Shown here: positions 1 to 11,086 of the stretch, in pieces | How the letters are laid out: the number at the start of each line of letters is the position of its first letter | Numbering within the stretch: the first letter of the stretch is position 1 | Assembly: GCA_964497265.1 (NCBI GenBank) | Contig: CAZCCK010000003.1 | Location: 2,972 to 66,971, forward strand | DNA: 64,000 nt | Direction of reading: 5' to 3' | DNA from: Candidatus Woesearchaeota archaeon | GTDB lineage: Archaea > Nanobdellota > Nanobdellia > SCGC-AAA011-G17 > GW2011-AR18 | The notes under the pieces: generated by a model | The model's database searches: none | What the model was told of the DNA's origin: nothing | What the model saw: only the letters and a program-made list of their open reading frames with translations | Position numbers and translations under genes: made by a program

Positions 1-3000
1 ATTGGTGGTAAAGTCAACGACTGCACGATGTAGACCCGCGCCTCTATTGGTGGTATTATAAAGGAAGTACCATTTTCCATCTGCAAGATAAGTGAAGTTG
101 CTTGTGTTAAAGATAAGTGAAGCGCTTCCTGAAGAGAAGTTGTAAACAAAGAGTGTGGTATTCGTGATATTTCTGTTTGTATAGTCTGTTTTTCCATCAA
201 GGAAAGTTTGGACACTGATTAAAACAGTATCGTTCAAAGTGACTTGCGTTGGACTGATTGTCAAAGAGAGGGGGTTGCTTCTTGAAGTTTGGAGGACGGT
301 TAGATTCTGAGCGATACTATAATTTTCATTACCTGTGGTATCATTTGCGAACCAGAAGTAGGAGTGATCTCCAGGACCCAGACCGTTAACGACGATTTTG
401 TGTTGGTCTGTAGTAAAGTTGATGATTTCTCCTGCTTTTTTAGAGTAGTTAATATTGTCTATGGAGAAAATGACTTCTGAAAGATCTTTATCTGGATCTG
501 AAATTGTTGCACTGAATGTGTATCTATTTGCAGGATGGAAGGGTACGGGTGTGGGCGGAACAACCGCCAAGTTACTGACCGAAGGAACTTGTCCAGAGGT
601 TCCTGTTGCGGTGAAGCTGCTGAAGTTAGTGCTATTGAAAATGAGATTATGCGAAATATAACTTAAGTAAACACAAGCTGCAGTTGATCGACAATTACTG
701 ACAAGTGGACTTTGGGTGATGTTGCCATAGTCAGTATCAAAATATTCTACTTTGTAGATTTTTCGGATTTGAGTAAGATTTAGTCCAAACAAAGTAATCT
801 GTGTTGTTGAATTAGTGATATTTGTTTCATTGAAAGCACTGCTATTGAAAGCAATTGTGTTATTTCCTATAAAAATGTTCATCCCTAATCCCATTCCTCC
901 CAAAGCTTTAGTGCTAATTCCTTGGGTGAAAGTGTCTGAAGTCCATTTTATTTCTCCAAAACTGTTGTTATAGATAAGGTAGTTGTAGTAACCAGGTCCT
1001 GAAGTATCTATAATTTCATTTCCAATACGGGAGGCAGTAAGATTATTATTTACAAGGGTAGTAGTGTTTGTATTTCCGCTAATGAAGACCGTATGGGAAA
1101 GCGCGATAATGACATTAGAGTCAACATAAGTGTTTCTTGTGCTTACTTGACTTCCACTCGCTTGTAAGTAGAGCGCAAAGGCATTATTTGCAAAGAAAGT
1201 TCTAATTTTATTCGCACGAACAGTAGTATTTATAGAGGTACTAATTATATTTATTCCAAATGAATTGGTTCCTGCAGTGGTGACGTTATTTTCATTGATG
1301 AAACTATCCTGCTGTCCAGAGAAGCGTATTCCAACCCCATTACTTTCATTGGTAGTGACGGCATTTTGAGTGACATTATCCCTACGTCCAGAGGTAAAGA
1401 AGATTCCGATTCCAGTGGAGATAAGTTGGACAGTGTTATTGTAAACAGTGGTGTTGTCTGAACTATCAAAGGTTATTGCGGTGCTTCCCGAGGTATTTCC
1501 TTCATAGACTTTACAATTTCGAATAGTGATATTCTTAAATCCGTAAGTTCCATCAACGCCGTAAGCGACTTGATCTCCGACTAAGGAGTAGGTAAGGTTA
1601 TATCCTAAACAATCCAGATTGATAGAGCGATTAGAGATAACAATACAGGTATTTGGACTGCTTAGGGAGTTAGAAAGATTGTAGGCTCCAGATTGGGTAA
1701 TGTTTATGCAATTTCCAATAATTCCAGGTTTATTTAAAATGAGTACGCGTGTTTCAGAAGTGTTTATGTTGTTTGCTTTATCTGTTACTGTAACATTGTA
1801 AAGGTAAGTATCATTGTTGAAACTACTTGTAAAATTATAAGTGAAGGTGAGATTAGAGGTAACATAAGTTGTGGCATTTACCGTAGAACTATTCGTGATG
1901 GTGAGGGTAACATTAGCCAGATTTTGTTCGTTAGTGATCGTGAAATTAAAGAGGACGAAATTTTGATTGCGATAACTGCCATTATCTTGGGTAGTCGGAA
2001 CAAAGGTTATAACGGGTAAAAGTTGATCGAGAATAAGGACTCTTGTTTCTGAAATGTTAATGTTGTTTGCTTTATCTGTTACACTAAAGTTATACACGTA
2101 AGTATCGTTACCAAGAGTTCCTGTGAAGTTAAAGGTAAAGGTCGTGTTAGCGGTAGTGAGGGTTGTGGTATTAACGGTCGTGCTATTAGAGATTGTGAAA
2201 GTGAGGTTGGCTACGTTTTGTTCATTGAGAATAGACGTGTTAATCAAAATAAAGTTTTGGCTTTTGTAGGTACCATTTGCTTCAGTATTTAGAACGAGAT
2301 AAGGGCTTGGAGTAATTGAATCAATAAAAATGACGCGAAGCTGAGTAACATTGACATTATTAGCCTTATCTGTAACAGTAACATTGTAAAGGTAAGTATC
2401 ATTTTTTGAGGTGGTTGTAAAGTTAAAAGAGTAGGTATCGTTTAAGAAAAAGTAAGTCGTTTGATTAATCAGAGTACTGTTACTAAAACTAAAGGTTATG
2501 TTTGCAAAGTTTACTTCATTAGTTAAGCTTGCGTTGACAAAAATAAAGTTTTGATTTTTATAAGTTCCATTAGATTCCGTATTTGCGATAAGAGAGATCC
2601 TAGGGAACACTTGATCTAAATAGATGACTCTTGTTTCGCTTATATTTTGATTATTTGCTTTATCGGTTACTGTAACATTGTACAAGTAGGTATCATTACC
2701 GAGTGTTCCCGTGAAGTTATAAGTCAGGGTGAGATTAGAAGTTGAAAAAGTGGTTGTGTTTACAGTCGTGCTATTCGAAATAGTAAAGGTAATATTCGCG
2801 ATGTTTTGTTCATTTAAGATAGTGGTGTTGATAAGAATAAAGTTTTGGGATTTATAGGTTCCATTTTGTTCGGTTGTAGAGATTAAAAGCGGTTGAGGAA
2901 TTTTATTGTCAATGAAAAGTACGCGGGTTTCTGAAACGTTGATGTTATTTGCTTTATCAGTGGCAGTAATGTTATACAAGTAGGTATCATTTCCTAATCC

Positions 3001-6000
3001 AAGGACACTAAAATTATAGGTAAAAGTAAGATTGGGATTGAGATAGATTGTGGTATTAACAGTAGTACTATTCGAGATACTTAAGCTAATGTTTGCTAGA
3101 TTTTGTTCATTGGTAATTGTAAAGTTGAGAAGAACAAAGTTTTGGTTTTTATAAGTTCCATTAGATTCGGTATTAGGGACAAAGGTAAGTACAGGTAGCA
3201 GAGTGTCAAGATATATTACTCGCGTCTCTGAAGTGTTAACTGTGTTCGCTTTGTCTCTTACGGTAAAGTTGTAGAGGTAGGTGTCATTACCCAAGCCTAA
3301 AACAGAAAAGTTAAAAGTAAAAGTAGTATTTGTAGTTACAAATGTTGTCGTATTGACAGTGGTGCTGTTACTTACCGAGAAGGTAATATTCGCGACGTTT
3401 TGTTCATTAAGAATACTCGCGTTGAAAAGAATAAAATTCTGACTTTTATAGGTGCCATTTGCTTCAGTGTTTGCAACAAAGAGAGGCTGAGGAATTTGAT
3501 TATCAATAATTAAAACACGATTTTCAGAGATGTTTACATTGTTGGCTTTATCTCGTGCAGTTACATTGTATAAGAAAGTGTCATTGCCCAAACCAAGTAC
3601 AGAAAAGTTAAAAGTGAAAGTAGTGTTGGTAGTTGTGAAGCTTGTTGTGTTGACCGTGCTACTGTTAGCAAGAGTAAAGGTAAGGTTAGCAAGGTTTTGT
3701 TCATTAGTGATAGAGATGTTAATTAAAATAAAACTTTGATTTCTTACAGTCCCGTTTGCTTCAGTGTTTAAAATAAAGGTTAATACCGGTAAATAAGGGT
3801 CTAGATAGATGACTCTTGTTTCACTCGTATTTTGATTGTTTGCTTTATCTGTTACTGTAACGTTGTAGAGGTACGTGTCATTATTAAATCCGTCCGTAAA
3901 ATTAAAGGTAAGGGTTGTATTCACAGTAGAGTAAGTCGTAGAATTTACAGTGCTACTATTTGAAAGAGTAAAAGTGATGTTTGCGATATTTTTTTCATTC
4001 AAAACACTTACATTAAAGAGGATAAAGTTTTGATTTTTGTAGGTTCCGTTTGCTTCAGTGTTTGCGATAAAAAGAGGTTGAGGCGTCTTAGTATCGATAA
4101 AGAGTACGCGTGTTTCAGAGGTATTGACGTTGTTTGCTTTATCTCTTACCGTGATATTATACAAGTAGGTGTCGTTCCCTAATCCTAAGATCGAGAAGTT
4201 GTAAGTGAAAGTAGTATTCGTGGTCACAAAGGTAGTGGTATTTACCGTGGTGCTGTTAGAGATCGTAATCGTTACATTAGCGACATTCTGTTCATTAACG
4301 ATGCTGGTATTAAGCAAAATGAAGTTTTGATTTTTGTAAGTCCCGTTTGCTTCAGTGTTTGCAATAAAGAGAGGTTGGGGGATTTTATTATCGATTAAGA
4401 TGTAACGATTTTCAGTCGTGTTTGTTCCACCTGGACCTGTCGCAGTCACATTGTACTGATAAGTATCGTTTCCTAATCCCAAAATTGAGAAGTTAAATGT
4501 TGCTGTTGTATTTGTAATAGAGTAGGTAGTGGTATTGACCGTAGTGCTATTTCCAACAGTGAAATCATAGCTTGTAACAGTTCCAGCACCAATAATAGTA
4601 ATATTAAATAAAATAAAGTTCTGGTTGGCGGCAGTGCCATTTGCTTCAGTGTTTAAAATAAAGACCGGTGCGGGAGTTACAATAGACGGGTATGTTCCGT
4701 TAGCGACAAAAGCGCCCGTGACGTTAGTAACATTAAAGATCAAGTTTCCTGTAGTTTGATTGTAAGAAATAATTTGACAGCCCAGATTATTTTTTGTGCA
4801 ATCATAAGCTAAAGAAGATTGGGTGATGTTTCCATAGTCTACATCTGGATATTCTACTCTCAAGATATTTGTGACGTTCGTAAAGTTAAGCCCGAACATA
4901 GAGAGATTAGCATTGCTACTAGTAATGTTGCTAGTGACTGCAATGGCCAGGGTGAATGAGCTTGTGTTGAAAGTGAGAGTGTTATTATAGAGATAGAGGT
5001 TGAAGTTAACACCTAATTTACCTGTGGTGTTAGTGTCCATTGCGGTGAGGTAATTAAGTTGCGTCCAACGGAATTCACCAAAACTGTTGTTATAGATAAG
5101 ATAGTTATTTACAGCGTTGAGGTTGTTGTTATCACTTATTTCAAGAGAACCGCCTGCGGTAGCGGTGATGTTGTTATTTAAGATAACGGTTTTATTAGTC
5201 GGACTTCCAAAGCTAACTCCAACAGTACCTCCTGTGAGAAGATTTTGCTCTAGAAGGTTTCCTACAGAGGTAGTTAGAAACTGAACTGCGACTCCTCCGT
5301 TAGTAGAAATAGAACGAACTTTATTATCGCGAATAGTGTTATTATCAGAGTTAGTGATGAATTGTAATCCAATTGCATTGGTTCCTGTTGCGTTAACGCT
5401 GTTTTCGATTACAGCCCCATTATCCACATTAGTATATCTAATCGTATGTGCGTTCGCGCCAGGGGTTGAGATATTATTTCTGCTGGAATTGATATTTCTC
5501 GAGTTAGTTGCGGCAATTCCAAAAGCGGCAGTGGTAAGGGTTTTCATGGTGTTGTTAAAGATGGTTGAGTTGTCTGCGTTCGTGGTAAATTGAACAGCAT
5601 GTTTACCTGAGGTAGAGGTATTTCCTTCTAAAAAATTACAATTTCTGAGCGTAACGTTTGCAAACCCAGTATCATTGAAACCGAAGACAACTTGGTCTCC
5701 CGCAGTCCCATAAGTAATCTTGTATGCTCCTAAACAATCTAAGATGACGCTTTTGTTAGCTATGGTAAAACATGCTTCTGTTGCAGTTACATCTTGAGTG
5801 AGGTTATATGCTTCTCCATCATTCCAGCCTAAAGTTCCGCATGCGCTTTGAGTGGGATCAATTTTAGCTAGAAATCCGGAAGAACTGACTGTTAAGTTAA
5901 ATTGATTGGAGTTGTACTTAAGATCTTTGTATTCTACTCTTATTCCAAAGGGATTTCTAGTATTTATCGCATTAGGGAGAGATTTCCAATTGTTAAAGGA

Positions 6001-6560
6001 AAGAACTTCATAAGTAAAGGTGCTGTTAATTTGTTCTCCATTGGAATCTGAGCTAAAGTTAACAGAAGTAAAGTTTATTCTTTCGTAATCATCAGAAAAA
6101 AGATAAGTTACATCTTTTGCAGTGGAATTTTCAAAAAAGGTTTTTATAATCGGGTTATGAATAACAGGTTTGTCAGAATTTTGATTTTCAATGCTAAAAA
6201 ATGCGGTGCAGGATTTGTAAGGATCTGCTGGCCTTCCCCAATCACAATAGATGTGGGGATTAGTACTAGTAACAATTCCGCTGAGGTTAGAGAATTGATG
6301 GTCATGGTAGCGAAGTTCTTTTCCAGATTCAATAGTAAGAGGGCTGTTAAAGGGAAGAGTGGCTTGAAAAGCTACAGGAGGTGTTGTATCTTTCTCATCA
6401 ATGACCGCGAAAGTAGTCGGGGAGGGGGGTTTAATTAAAGAAAAGAAAAGAAGAGTTAAAAAGAGGATCAAAAAGAGGAAGAGTCCGGTTTTAGGGAGGT
6501 TCTTTTTACTAAGAAAGCTAAGTCTATCTAAATCTTTCTTCCCCGTTTTTTTTCTGTACA
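1..6560 (-). CDS. Giant secreted cell-surface protein (5'-partial in window: the C-terminus lies beyond position 1). N-terminal signal/TM segment, beta-helix-like Asn-rich segments, and ~10 tandem Ig-like ~99-aa repeats rich in N-x-S/T sequons
   Basis: Minus-strand ATG at 6560-6558 reads MYRKKTGKKDLDRLSFLSKKNLPKTGLFLFLILFLTLLFFSL, a hydrophobic signal segment. No complete ORF of 60 aa or more appears on either strand across 6.5 kb, consistent with one frame open to the window edge. By-eye translation gives repeats such as PQPLFIANTEANGTYKNQNFILFN...GLGNDTYLYNVTV.DKANN.N.SETRV, each with many NxT/NxS. A ~297-bp DNA periodicity is visible from about 1745 to 4700. Confidence 0.7.
1745..4700 (-). 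repeat. About 10 imperfect in-frame tandem repeats with a 294-300 bp period, encoding Ig-like beta-sandwich modules of the giant surface protein
   Basis: A recurring motif (gtttctgaaatgttaatgttgtttgctttatctgttac and variants) appears at roughly 1771, 2066, 2362, 2654, 2951, 3247, 3541, 3841, 4131 and 4425. Confidence 0.75.
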
Positions 6561-6587
6561 TGTTCTAGGGATAATTCGGCTTTTGAG

Positions 6588-6597
6588 TATTTAAATA
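6588..6597. promoter_or_regulatory. TATA-like box (tatttaaata) in the divergent intergenic region; could serve both the giant gene (ATG at 6560) and the transglutaminase-like gene (ATG at 6645)
   Basis: A/T-rich palindromic TATA-like element about 30 nt from the minus-strand ATG and about 50 nt from the plus-strand ATG. Confidence 0.3.
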
Positions 6598-6644
6598 AGT
6601 TATGATCAAAAAGGTTTTAAAGAAGAGAGGAAATTAAGATTAAA

Positions 6645-8573
6645 ATGTTAAAGAGAGGGCTGATTATCTTATTTCTTTTGCTACTTCCTTCTGTTCTAGC
6701 CCAGTCTCCAGATGATGCTTCAGCTCTGACCTTAAAAACCAAAATAAGTGTAGAGATTCCAGTGAGTAAAAGCGTGGATTTTCTTAGAGCGAATGTAAGT
6801 TATTTTCCAAGGTCGGACTCTTTACAAAAGACATTGAGTTTAGAGATAAATACCGCGCCACCTGCTTCAGTAACGAGAAATGAGGAAGAGATTATTATAT
6901 ACTGGAAAAAGATTTCAAAAGAAGCTAGTTTTCAGATTGAAGGAGTTGTGAAGACAAAGCAGGAATTATTAAAAAAAGAAGAAAAACCTTCGCAAGAGTA
7001 TCTAAATCCAACCAAATTCATTAATTCTGATGATGAATCTATAAGAAAATTAGCGAAAGAGATTACTAAAGATGAAAAAGATCCTTTAATTCAAGTGTTT
7101 AAGCTCGGTGCTTGGACAAAAGAGAATATAAACTATGATCTTTCTTCCTTAAACGTTGAGGCTTCTTTGCCGGCAGTAAAAGTGTTAGAGGCTAAAGAGG
7201 GTGTTTGTGATGAGATTACGATTGTATTCTTATCTTTGGTAAGATCGGTTGGGATTCCAGCAAGGTATGTATCTGGGATTATGTATTCTGATGCGTTTAA
7301 GGAGAAGTGGGTTCCTCACGCCTGGGCAGAGGTGTATCTAAATGGCGAGTGGATTCCGTTTGACGTGACAGTAGGTCAGTTTATGTGGATTGATGTGTCT
7401 CATGTGAAGATGAAAGCTTCTCAAGATGTAGATTATTCTTCGATTGTGTATGATTGGCAGTCTGAAGGAGCAAACGTTGAACCTAAAGAAGTTTCTATTT
7501 CTTCTCAAGTTTTAAATTCCGAGTTTGTTTCAAAGGAATCGAAAATACTTTCAATAAAACCTTTATTTAAGCAAGTTTATCCTGGAAGTTTTGTTCCGTT
7601 AGAGATTATATTGAGGAATGATGAAAGCGAACAGGTAAGTGATTTAGTTTCTTTAACTTCAGGGCCTGGTTTTTTTGGTCAAGAGAGTATTCCTGTACTT
7701 TTAGAAGGAAAAGAAGAGAAGTCTATTTTTTTGATGTTAAAGATTCCGAAGGATTTAGCGAGTGACGATGATTATTCTACAAAGATCGAAGTGAAAGATC
7801 GTTGGAATAATCGTTTTTCAACACAACTTACGTTTGGAAAAAGGTACAGAAAAGTTTCTCTGGAAGAGGCAAAGTTTTTGATAAAGAAAGAAGAGCAAGA
7901 AGCAGAATTCGATCATTTTCCAGAGTTAGAAGCAGATTGTATTCCCACAAAATCTTCTTATGAAATTGGAGAGACTGCTCAGATAAGGTGTACTTTAAAA
8001 GACAAAGGTTTCGATGATTTGAGAGGGATAAGCATTTGTTTAAAAGAAGACTGTAAGAATGTAGACTTATTAAAAGGAGAGGAAAAAAGTATTATTTTTG
8101 AATGGGCGGTTACTTCAGCGCAAGAGTTAGAATTTACGTTCACCCAAAAAGAATTAAGTAAAAAAATTCTTTCTAAAATTTCAATTTTAGATTCTCCAGA
8201 TTTGAAAATAGAAAAGTTGCAATGCCCTCAAGTGATCGGTAAGGAGGACTCGGATAAGATCTCGCTTTTACTAAAAACAAAAAAACCTGTTCAGAACGCG
8301 TATCTTTTAGTGGAGGGGTTAGAGCCGTATCATTTAAAGGATTTTAAAAGTAATCAGATTGTAGTCCTTCCAATTAGAGGGAGTTATTTCGCGGATAAAA
8401 ACGGATATGTTCTAATCTATGTGGCGTATGATAATTTAGAGGGAAATCGTTTTGAAACATTCGATTTATGTGGGATTGAAGTAAAAGAGATAGGGTGGTC
8501 TGAAAAAGCCTTTAATAAAGTGAAAAGTTTTATTAGATATGATATTCCATTTTATATTTCAAGTTTAAATTAA
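6645..8573 (+). CDS. Secreted transglutaminase-like (papain-fold Cys-His-Asp) domain protein
   Basis: Signal peptide MLKRGLIILFLLLLPSVLAQS. Core motif EGVCDEITIVFLSLVRSVGIPARYVSGIMY...WVPHAWAEVYLNGEWIPFDVT matches the transglutaminase-like Cys / His / Asp arrangement. Confidence 0.65.
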   Translation: MLKRGLIILFLLLLPSVLAQSPDDASALTLKTKISVEIPVSKSVDFLRANVSYFPRSDSLQKTLSLEINTAPPASVTRNEEEIIIYWKKISKEASFQIEGVVKTKQELLKKEEKPSQEYLNPTKFINSDDESIRKLAKEITKDEKDPLIQVFKLGAWTKENINYDLSSLNVEASLPAVKVLEAKEGVCDEITIVFLSLVRSVGIPARYVSGIMYSDAFKEKWVPHAWAEVYLNGEWIPFDVTVGQFMWIDVSHVKMKASQDVDYSSIVYDWQSEGANVEPKEVSISSQVLNSEFVSKESKILSIKPLFKQVYPGSFVPLEIILRNDESEQVSDLVSLTSGPGFFGQESIPVLLEGKEEKSIFLMLKIPKDLASDDDYSTKIEVKDRWNNRFSTQLTFGKRYRKVSLEEAKFLIKKEEQEAEFDHFPELEADCIPTKSSYEIGETAQIRCTLKDKGFDDLRGISICLKEDCKNVDLLKGEEKSIIFEWAVTSAQELEFTFTQKELSKKILSKISILDSPDLKIEKLQCPQVIGKEDSDKISLLLKTKKPVQNAYLLVEGLEPYHLKDFKSNQIVVLPIRGSYFADKNGYVLIYVAYDNLEGNRFETFDLCGIEVKEIGWSEKAFNKVKSFIRYDIPFYISSLN

Positions 8574-9283
8574 GCTTCAAATTCTTTTTCGCTTTTAATT
8601 TCCTTTCCATCGAGAACTACTTTTCTTAAAATTTTTCCGCTTCTTTTTGCGTAGAATCGAGCTTGCTCGAAATCATTCTCATATTCTTTAGGAACATTTA
8701 AAGTGTTTATTTGAAAGGTATGGGATAATATTGCTTTTTTAAAATCTTCTTTAGTTTCAAAGACAAAATCTTTTACAATATCTAAGTTTTTAGTGCTAAA
8801 GGTACAAAAGTCTATTTTCAGTTTTGCTCCTTCCTCCGCTCCTTTTCCGGGTTTTGCAGAGGTAGGAGATTTGACTTTGCTTTTAAGTTCTCCTTGACTT
8901 GTTTTGAAAGAAAGGAGAATGAGATTTTGAGGGAATTTTTTGAATAAGTTAAAGATTTGTTCTTTAGTTAAGTCTAAGTCAAGCAAAAAGGTCTTTACTC
9001 CAGCGAATTGTTTTTTACCTGCGATAGGAAATCCTATTTCTTTCTCAATGTTTTTGGTAGTAATAATACCTCCTGTTACTCTTGTTGTTCCTTGAATGCT
9101 TTCAGCCAGGGCTAAAGCTAGTTCTCCTGAGAATTCGAAGGTGGTTTTGAATTTTGCAGAATCTTTTTTCTTAGTAATTTCTACGAGAGCTTTATTTTCG
9201 TAGTTTCCTTTACCATATCTAGTGAATTGCTTATGGACTAAATCGTCGGTTTTTCCTTCGAAGATTTTTCTTATGAAGTTCAT
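8570..9283 (-). CDS. Hypothetical protein (238 aa). The start is moved to the internal ATG because the longer ORF overlaps the tRNA-Gly gene
   Basis: ORF track entry 8570..9457. The ATG at 9283 (plus-strand 'cat' at 9281-9283) gives MNFIRKIFEGK... No recognisable motif. Confidence 0.45.
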   Translation of the reverse strand: MNFIRKIFEGKTDDLVHKQFTRYGKGNYENKALVEITKKKDSAKFKTTFEFSGELALALAESIQGTTRVTGGIITTKNIEKEIGFPIAGKKQFAGVKTFLLDLDLTKEQIFNLFKKFPQNLILLSFKTSQGELKSKVKSPTSAKPGKGAEEGAKLKIDFCTFSTKNLDIVKDFVFETKEDFKKAILSHTFQINTLNVPKEYENDFEQARFYAKRSGKILRKVVLDGKEIKSEKEFEA

Positions 9284-9425
9284 TTGAAAAGCTCCTTGTG
9301 TTTCTTTTCTCCTACAAAGATCCAATATATAATCATAACGGTTGTTAAGATTAAGAGGAAGAGTAAAAGAGAGTTCATTTCTAGAAGAAAAAGAAGGAGT
9401 ATTATTTAAAGCTAATGAGAAAGAA

Positions 9426-9535
9426 TGCGACCAGCGGGAATCGAACCCGCGACCCAACCTGTTTCCTTTTGATCAAACTTTTACGAAAAAAAGTTTGTTT
9501 GGGAAGGTCGAATTATACCATTTAACTATAGCCGC
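9426..9535 (-). tRNA. tRNA-Gly (anticodon CCC) with a ~39-nt intron at the canonical 37/38 position
   Basis: Minus-strand read GCGGCUA UA GUUA AAUGGUA UAAU U CGACC UUCCCA[intron]A GGUUG GGUC GCGGG UUCGAUU CCCGC UGGUCGC A. Acceptor, D, anticodon and T arms all pair. The UUCC of the loop can pair with GGAA at the intron 3' end, consistent with a BHB-type intron. Confidence 0.75.
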
Positions 9536-9558
9536 TTATAAAGCAGGTTAACAAGTAA

Positions 9559-9569
9559 GTTTATAAATA
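9559..9569 (+). promoter_or_regulatory. TATA box (gtttataaata) about 25 nt upstream of the MetRS ATG; suggests a leaderless transcript
   Basis: A/T-rich octamer resembling archaeal TATA boxes at about -25 relative to the start codon at 9590. Confidence 0.35.
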
Positions 9570-9589
9570 TTCTAGTGGCTTGAAGCTAG

Positions 9590-11086
9590 ATGCCTAAGAG
9601 ATTTTATATTACCACGACATTACCCTATGTGAATGCAGATCCTCATATTGGTTTTGCTTTAGAGATTATTGAAGCGGATGTGTTAGCCAGATTCAAAAGG
9701 TTGCAAGGTTTTGAGGTTTTTTTTAATTTTGGAACTGATGAACACGGTTTAAAGATTTATAGAAAAGCAATTGAAGAAAAAAAGTCTCCCCAAGAGTATT
9801 GTGATGAGTATGCTAAAAAATTCAACGCATTAAAAGAAGCGTTAAATCTAACCTATAATAATTTTATTAGAACCACAGATAAGCACCATGTTGAAGCGGC
9901 TCAAAAGTTTTGGGATCTTTGTTTAAAGAACGACGATATTTACAAAAAAAAGTACGCAATTAAATATTGTGTGGGTTGTGAGTTAGAAAAAACAGATTCG
10001 GAGTTAGTTGAGGGAAAGTGCCCATTGCATCCCAACCAAAATTTAGAGAGGTATGAAGAGGAAAACTATTTTTTTAGATTTTCAAAGTATCAAAGTAAGT
10101 TATTAGAGTTATATCAAAAAAATCCAGAGTTTGTTTTGCCTAAAGAGAAGTTAAATGAAATTAAAAGTTTTGTAGAGCGAGGTTTAGAGGATTTTAGTAT
10201 TTCAAGACTGAAGAGTAAGATGCCTTGGGGAGTTGATGTTCCTAAGGACAAAGACCAGGTTCTATTCGTCTGGTTCGATGCGCTGGTAAATTATATTTCA
10301 GCAATAGGATGGCCTAAGAAAAAATCAGAATTTAAAAAGTGGTGGCCGGTAGTGCAAGTAGCGGGAAAAGATAATTTAAGACAACAAAGTGCGATTTGGC
10401 AGGCGATGTTGCTTTCAGCAGGCTTGCCTCCCTCCAAACAGATTTTTATTCACGGTTTTTTAACCGCGAATGGACAAAAGATTAGTAAGAGTTTAGGCAA
10501 TACCGTAGACCCTATTCAAATTTCAAAGAAATATTCTACAGATTCATTAAGATATTTTTTAGTGAGAGAAATTCCTTTTGGAAAAGATGGTGATTTTTCT
10601 GAAAGGGCGTTAATTCAAAGACACAATACTGAATTGGCGAATGACTTGGGGAATCTAGTGAGTCGTGTTCTAAGTATGGTGGAAAAGAAAGGAAATGTAA
10701 TTAAAAAAGCGCCTTTAGATAACAAATTAGCAGAGAAATTAAATATAAAAGTAGTTGAAGAAAAGATTGAAAAATTAGAATTGCATGAAGCATTACAAGA
10801 GATCTGGAGGTTTATTGGAGAGGTAAACAAACACATTAATGAGGAAAAGCCTTGGAGTATGGAAGAGAAAAAGGCAAAGAAACACCTCTACACGCTTTTA
10901 GAATGTGTGAGGATGATCAATATTCTGATCAACCCATTTATTCCAGAGACTTCAATGAAAATAAATAGTCAATTAAATGTAAAAGAAGGGATTTGGAAAG
11001 ATCTTAAATTTGGACTGATGAAAGAGTATAAGATAACTAAAGGAGAAATCTTATTTAAGAAGATTGAAGATGGAAGCAACAATTGA
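9590..11086 (+). CDS. metG: Methionyl-tRNA synthetase, catalytic core plus anticodon-binding domain (lacks the C-terminal tRNA-binding domain)
   Basis: PYVNADPHIGF (HIGH-type), KISKSLGN (KMSKS), and a zinc knuckle CVGCE...C..H. The overall class I MetRS architecture is recognisable. Confidence 0.85.
   Translation: MPKRFYITTTLPYVNADPHIGFALEIIEADVLARFKRLQGFEVFFNFGTDEHGLKIYRKAIEEKKSPQEYCDEYAKKFNALKEALNLTYNNFIRTTDKHHVEAAQKFWDLCLKNDDIYKKKYAIKYCVGCELEKTDSELVEGKCPLHPNQNLERYEEENYFFRFSKYQSKLLELYQKNPEFVLPKEKLNEIKSFVERGLEDFSISRLKSKMPWGVDVPKDKDQVLFVWFDALVNYISAIGWPKKKSEFKKWWPVVQVAGKDNLRQQSAIWQAMLLSAGLPPSKQIFIHGFLTANGQKISKSLGNTVDPIQISKKYSTDSLRYFLVREIPFGKDGDFSERALIQRHNTELANDLGNLVSRVLSMVEKKGNVIKKAPLDNKLAEKLNIKVVEEKIEKLELHEALQEIWRFIGEVNKHINEEKPWSMEEKKAKKHLYTLLECVRMINILINPFIPETSMKINSQLNVKEGIWKDLKFGLMKEYKITKGEILFKKIEDGSNN

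Noticed and set aside
1745-4700. A ~297-bp periodic repeat array considered as a possible CRISPR or satellite
   Set aside because: The units are about 300 bp, imperfect and in-frame, and they translate to Ig-like protein repeats. No short direct repeats with unique spacers are present
455-6438. Six short ORFs from the track (455..661, 1251..1469, 3530..3739, 5336..5593, 6144..6332, 6157..6438)
   Set aside because: All lie inside the giant minus-strand surface-protein gene, in other frames or on the other strand, and have low-complexity products. They are artefacts of the AT-rich repeat sequence
8570-9457. N-terminal extension of the 295-aa ORF
   Set aside because: The extension runs into the tRNA-Gly gene. 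The internal ATG at 9283 gives a clean 238-aa protein
9342-9551. 69-aa plus-strand ORF
   Set aside because: It lies antisense across the intron-containing tRNA-Gly. The GC-rich tRNA sequence creates the open frame
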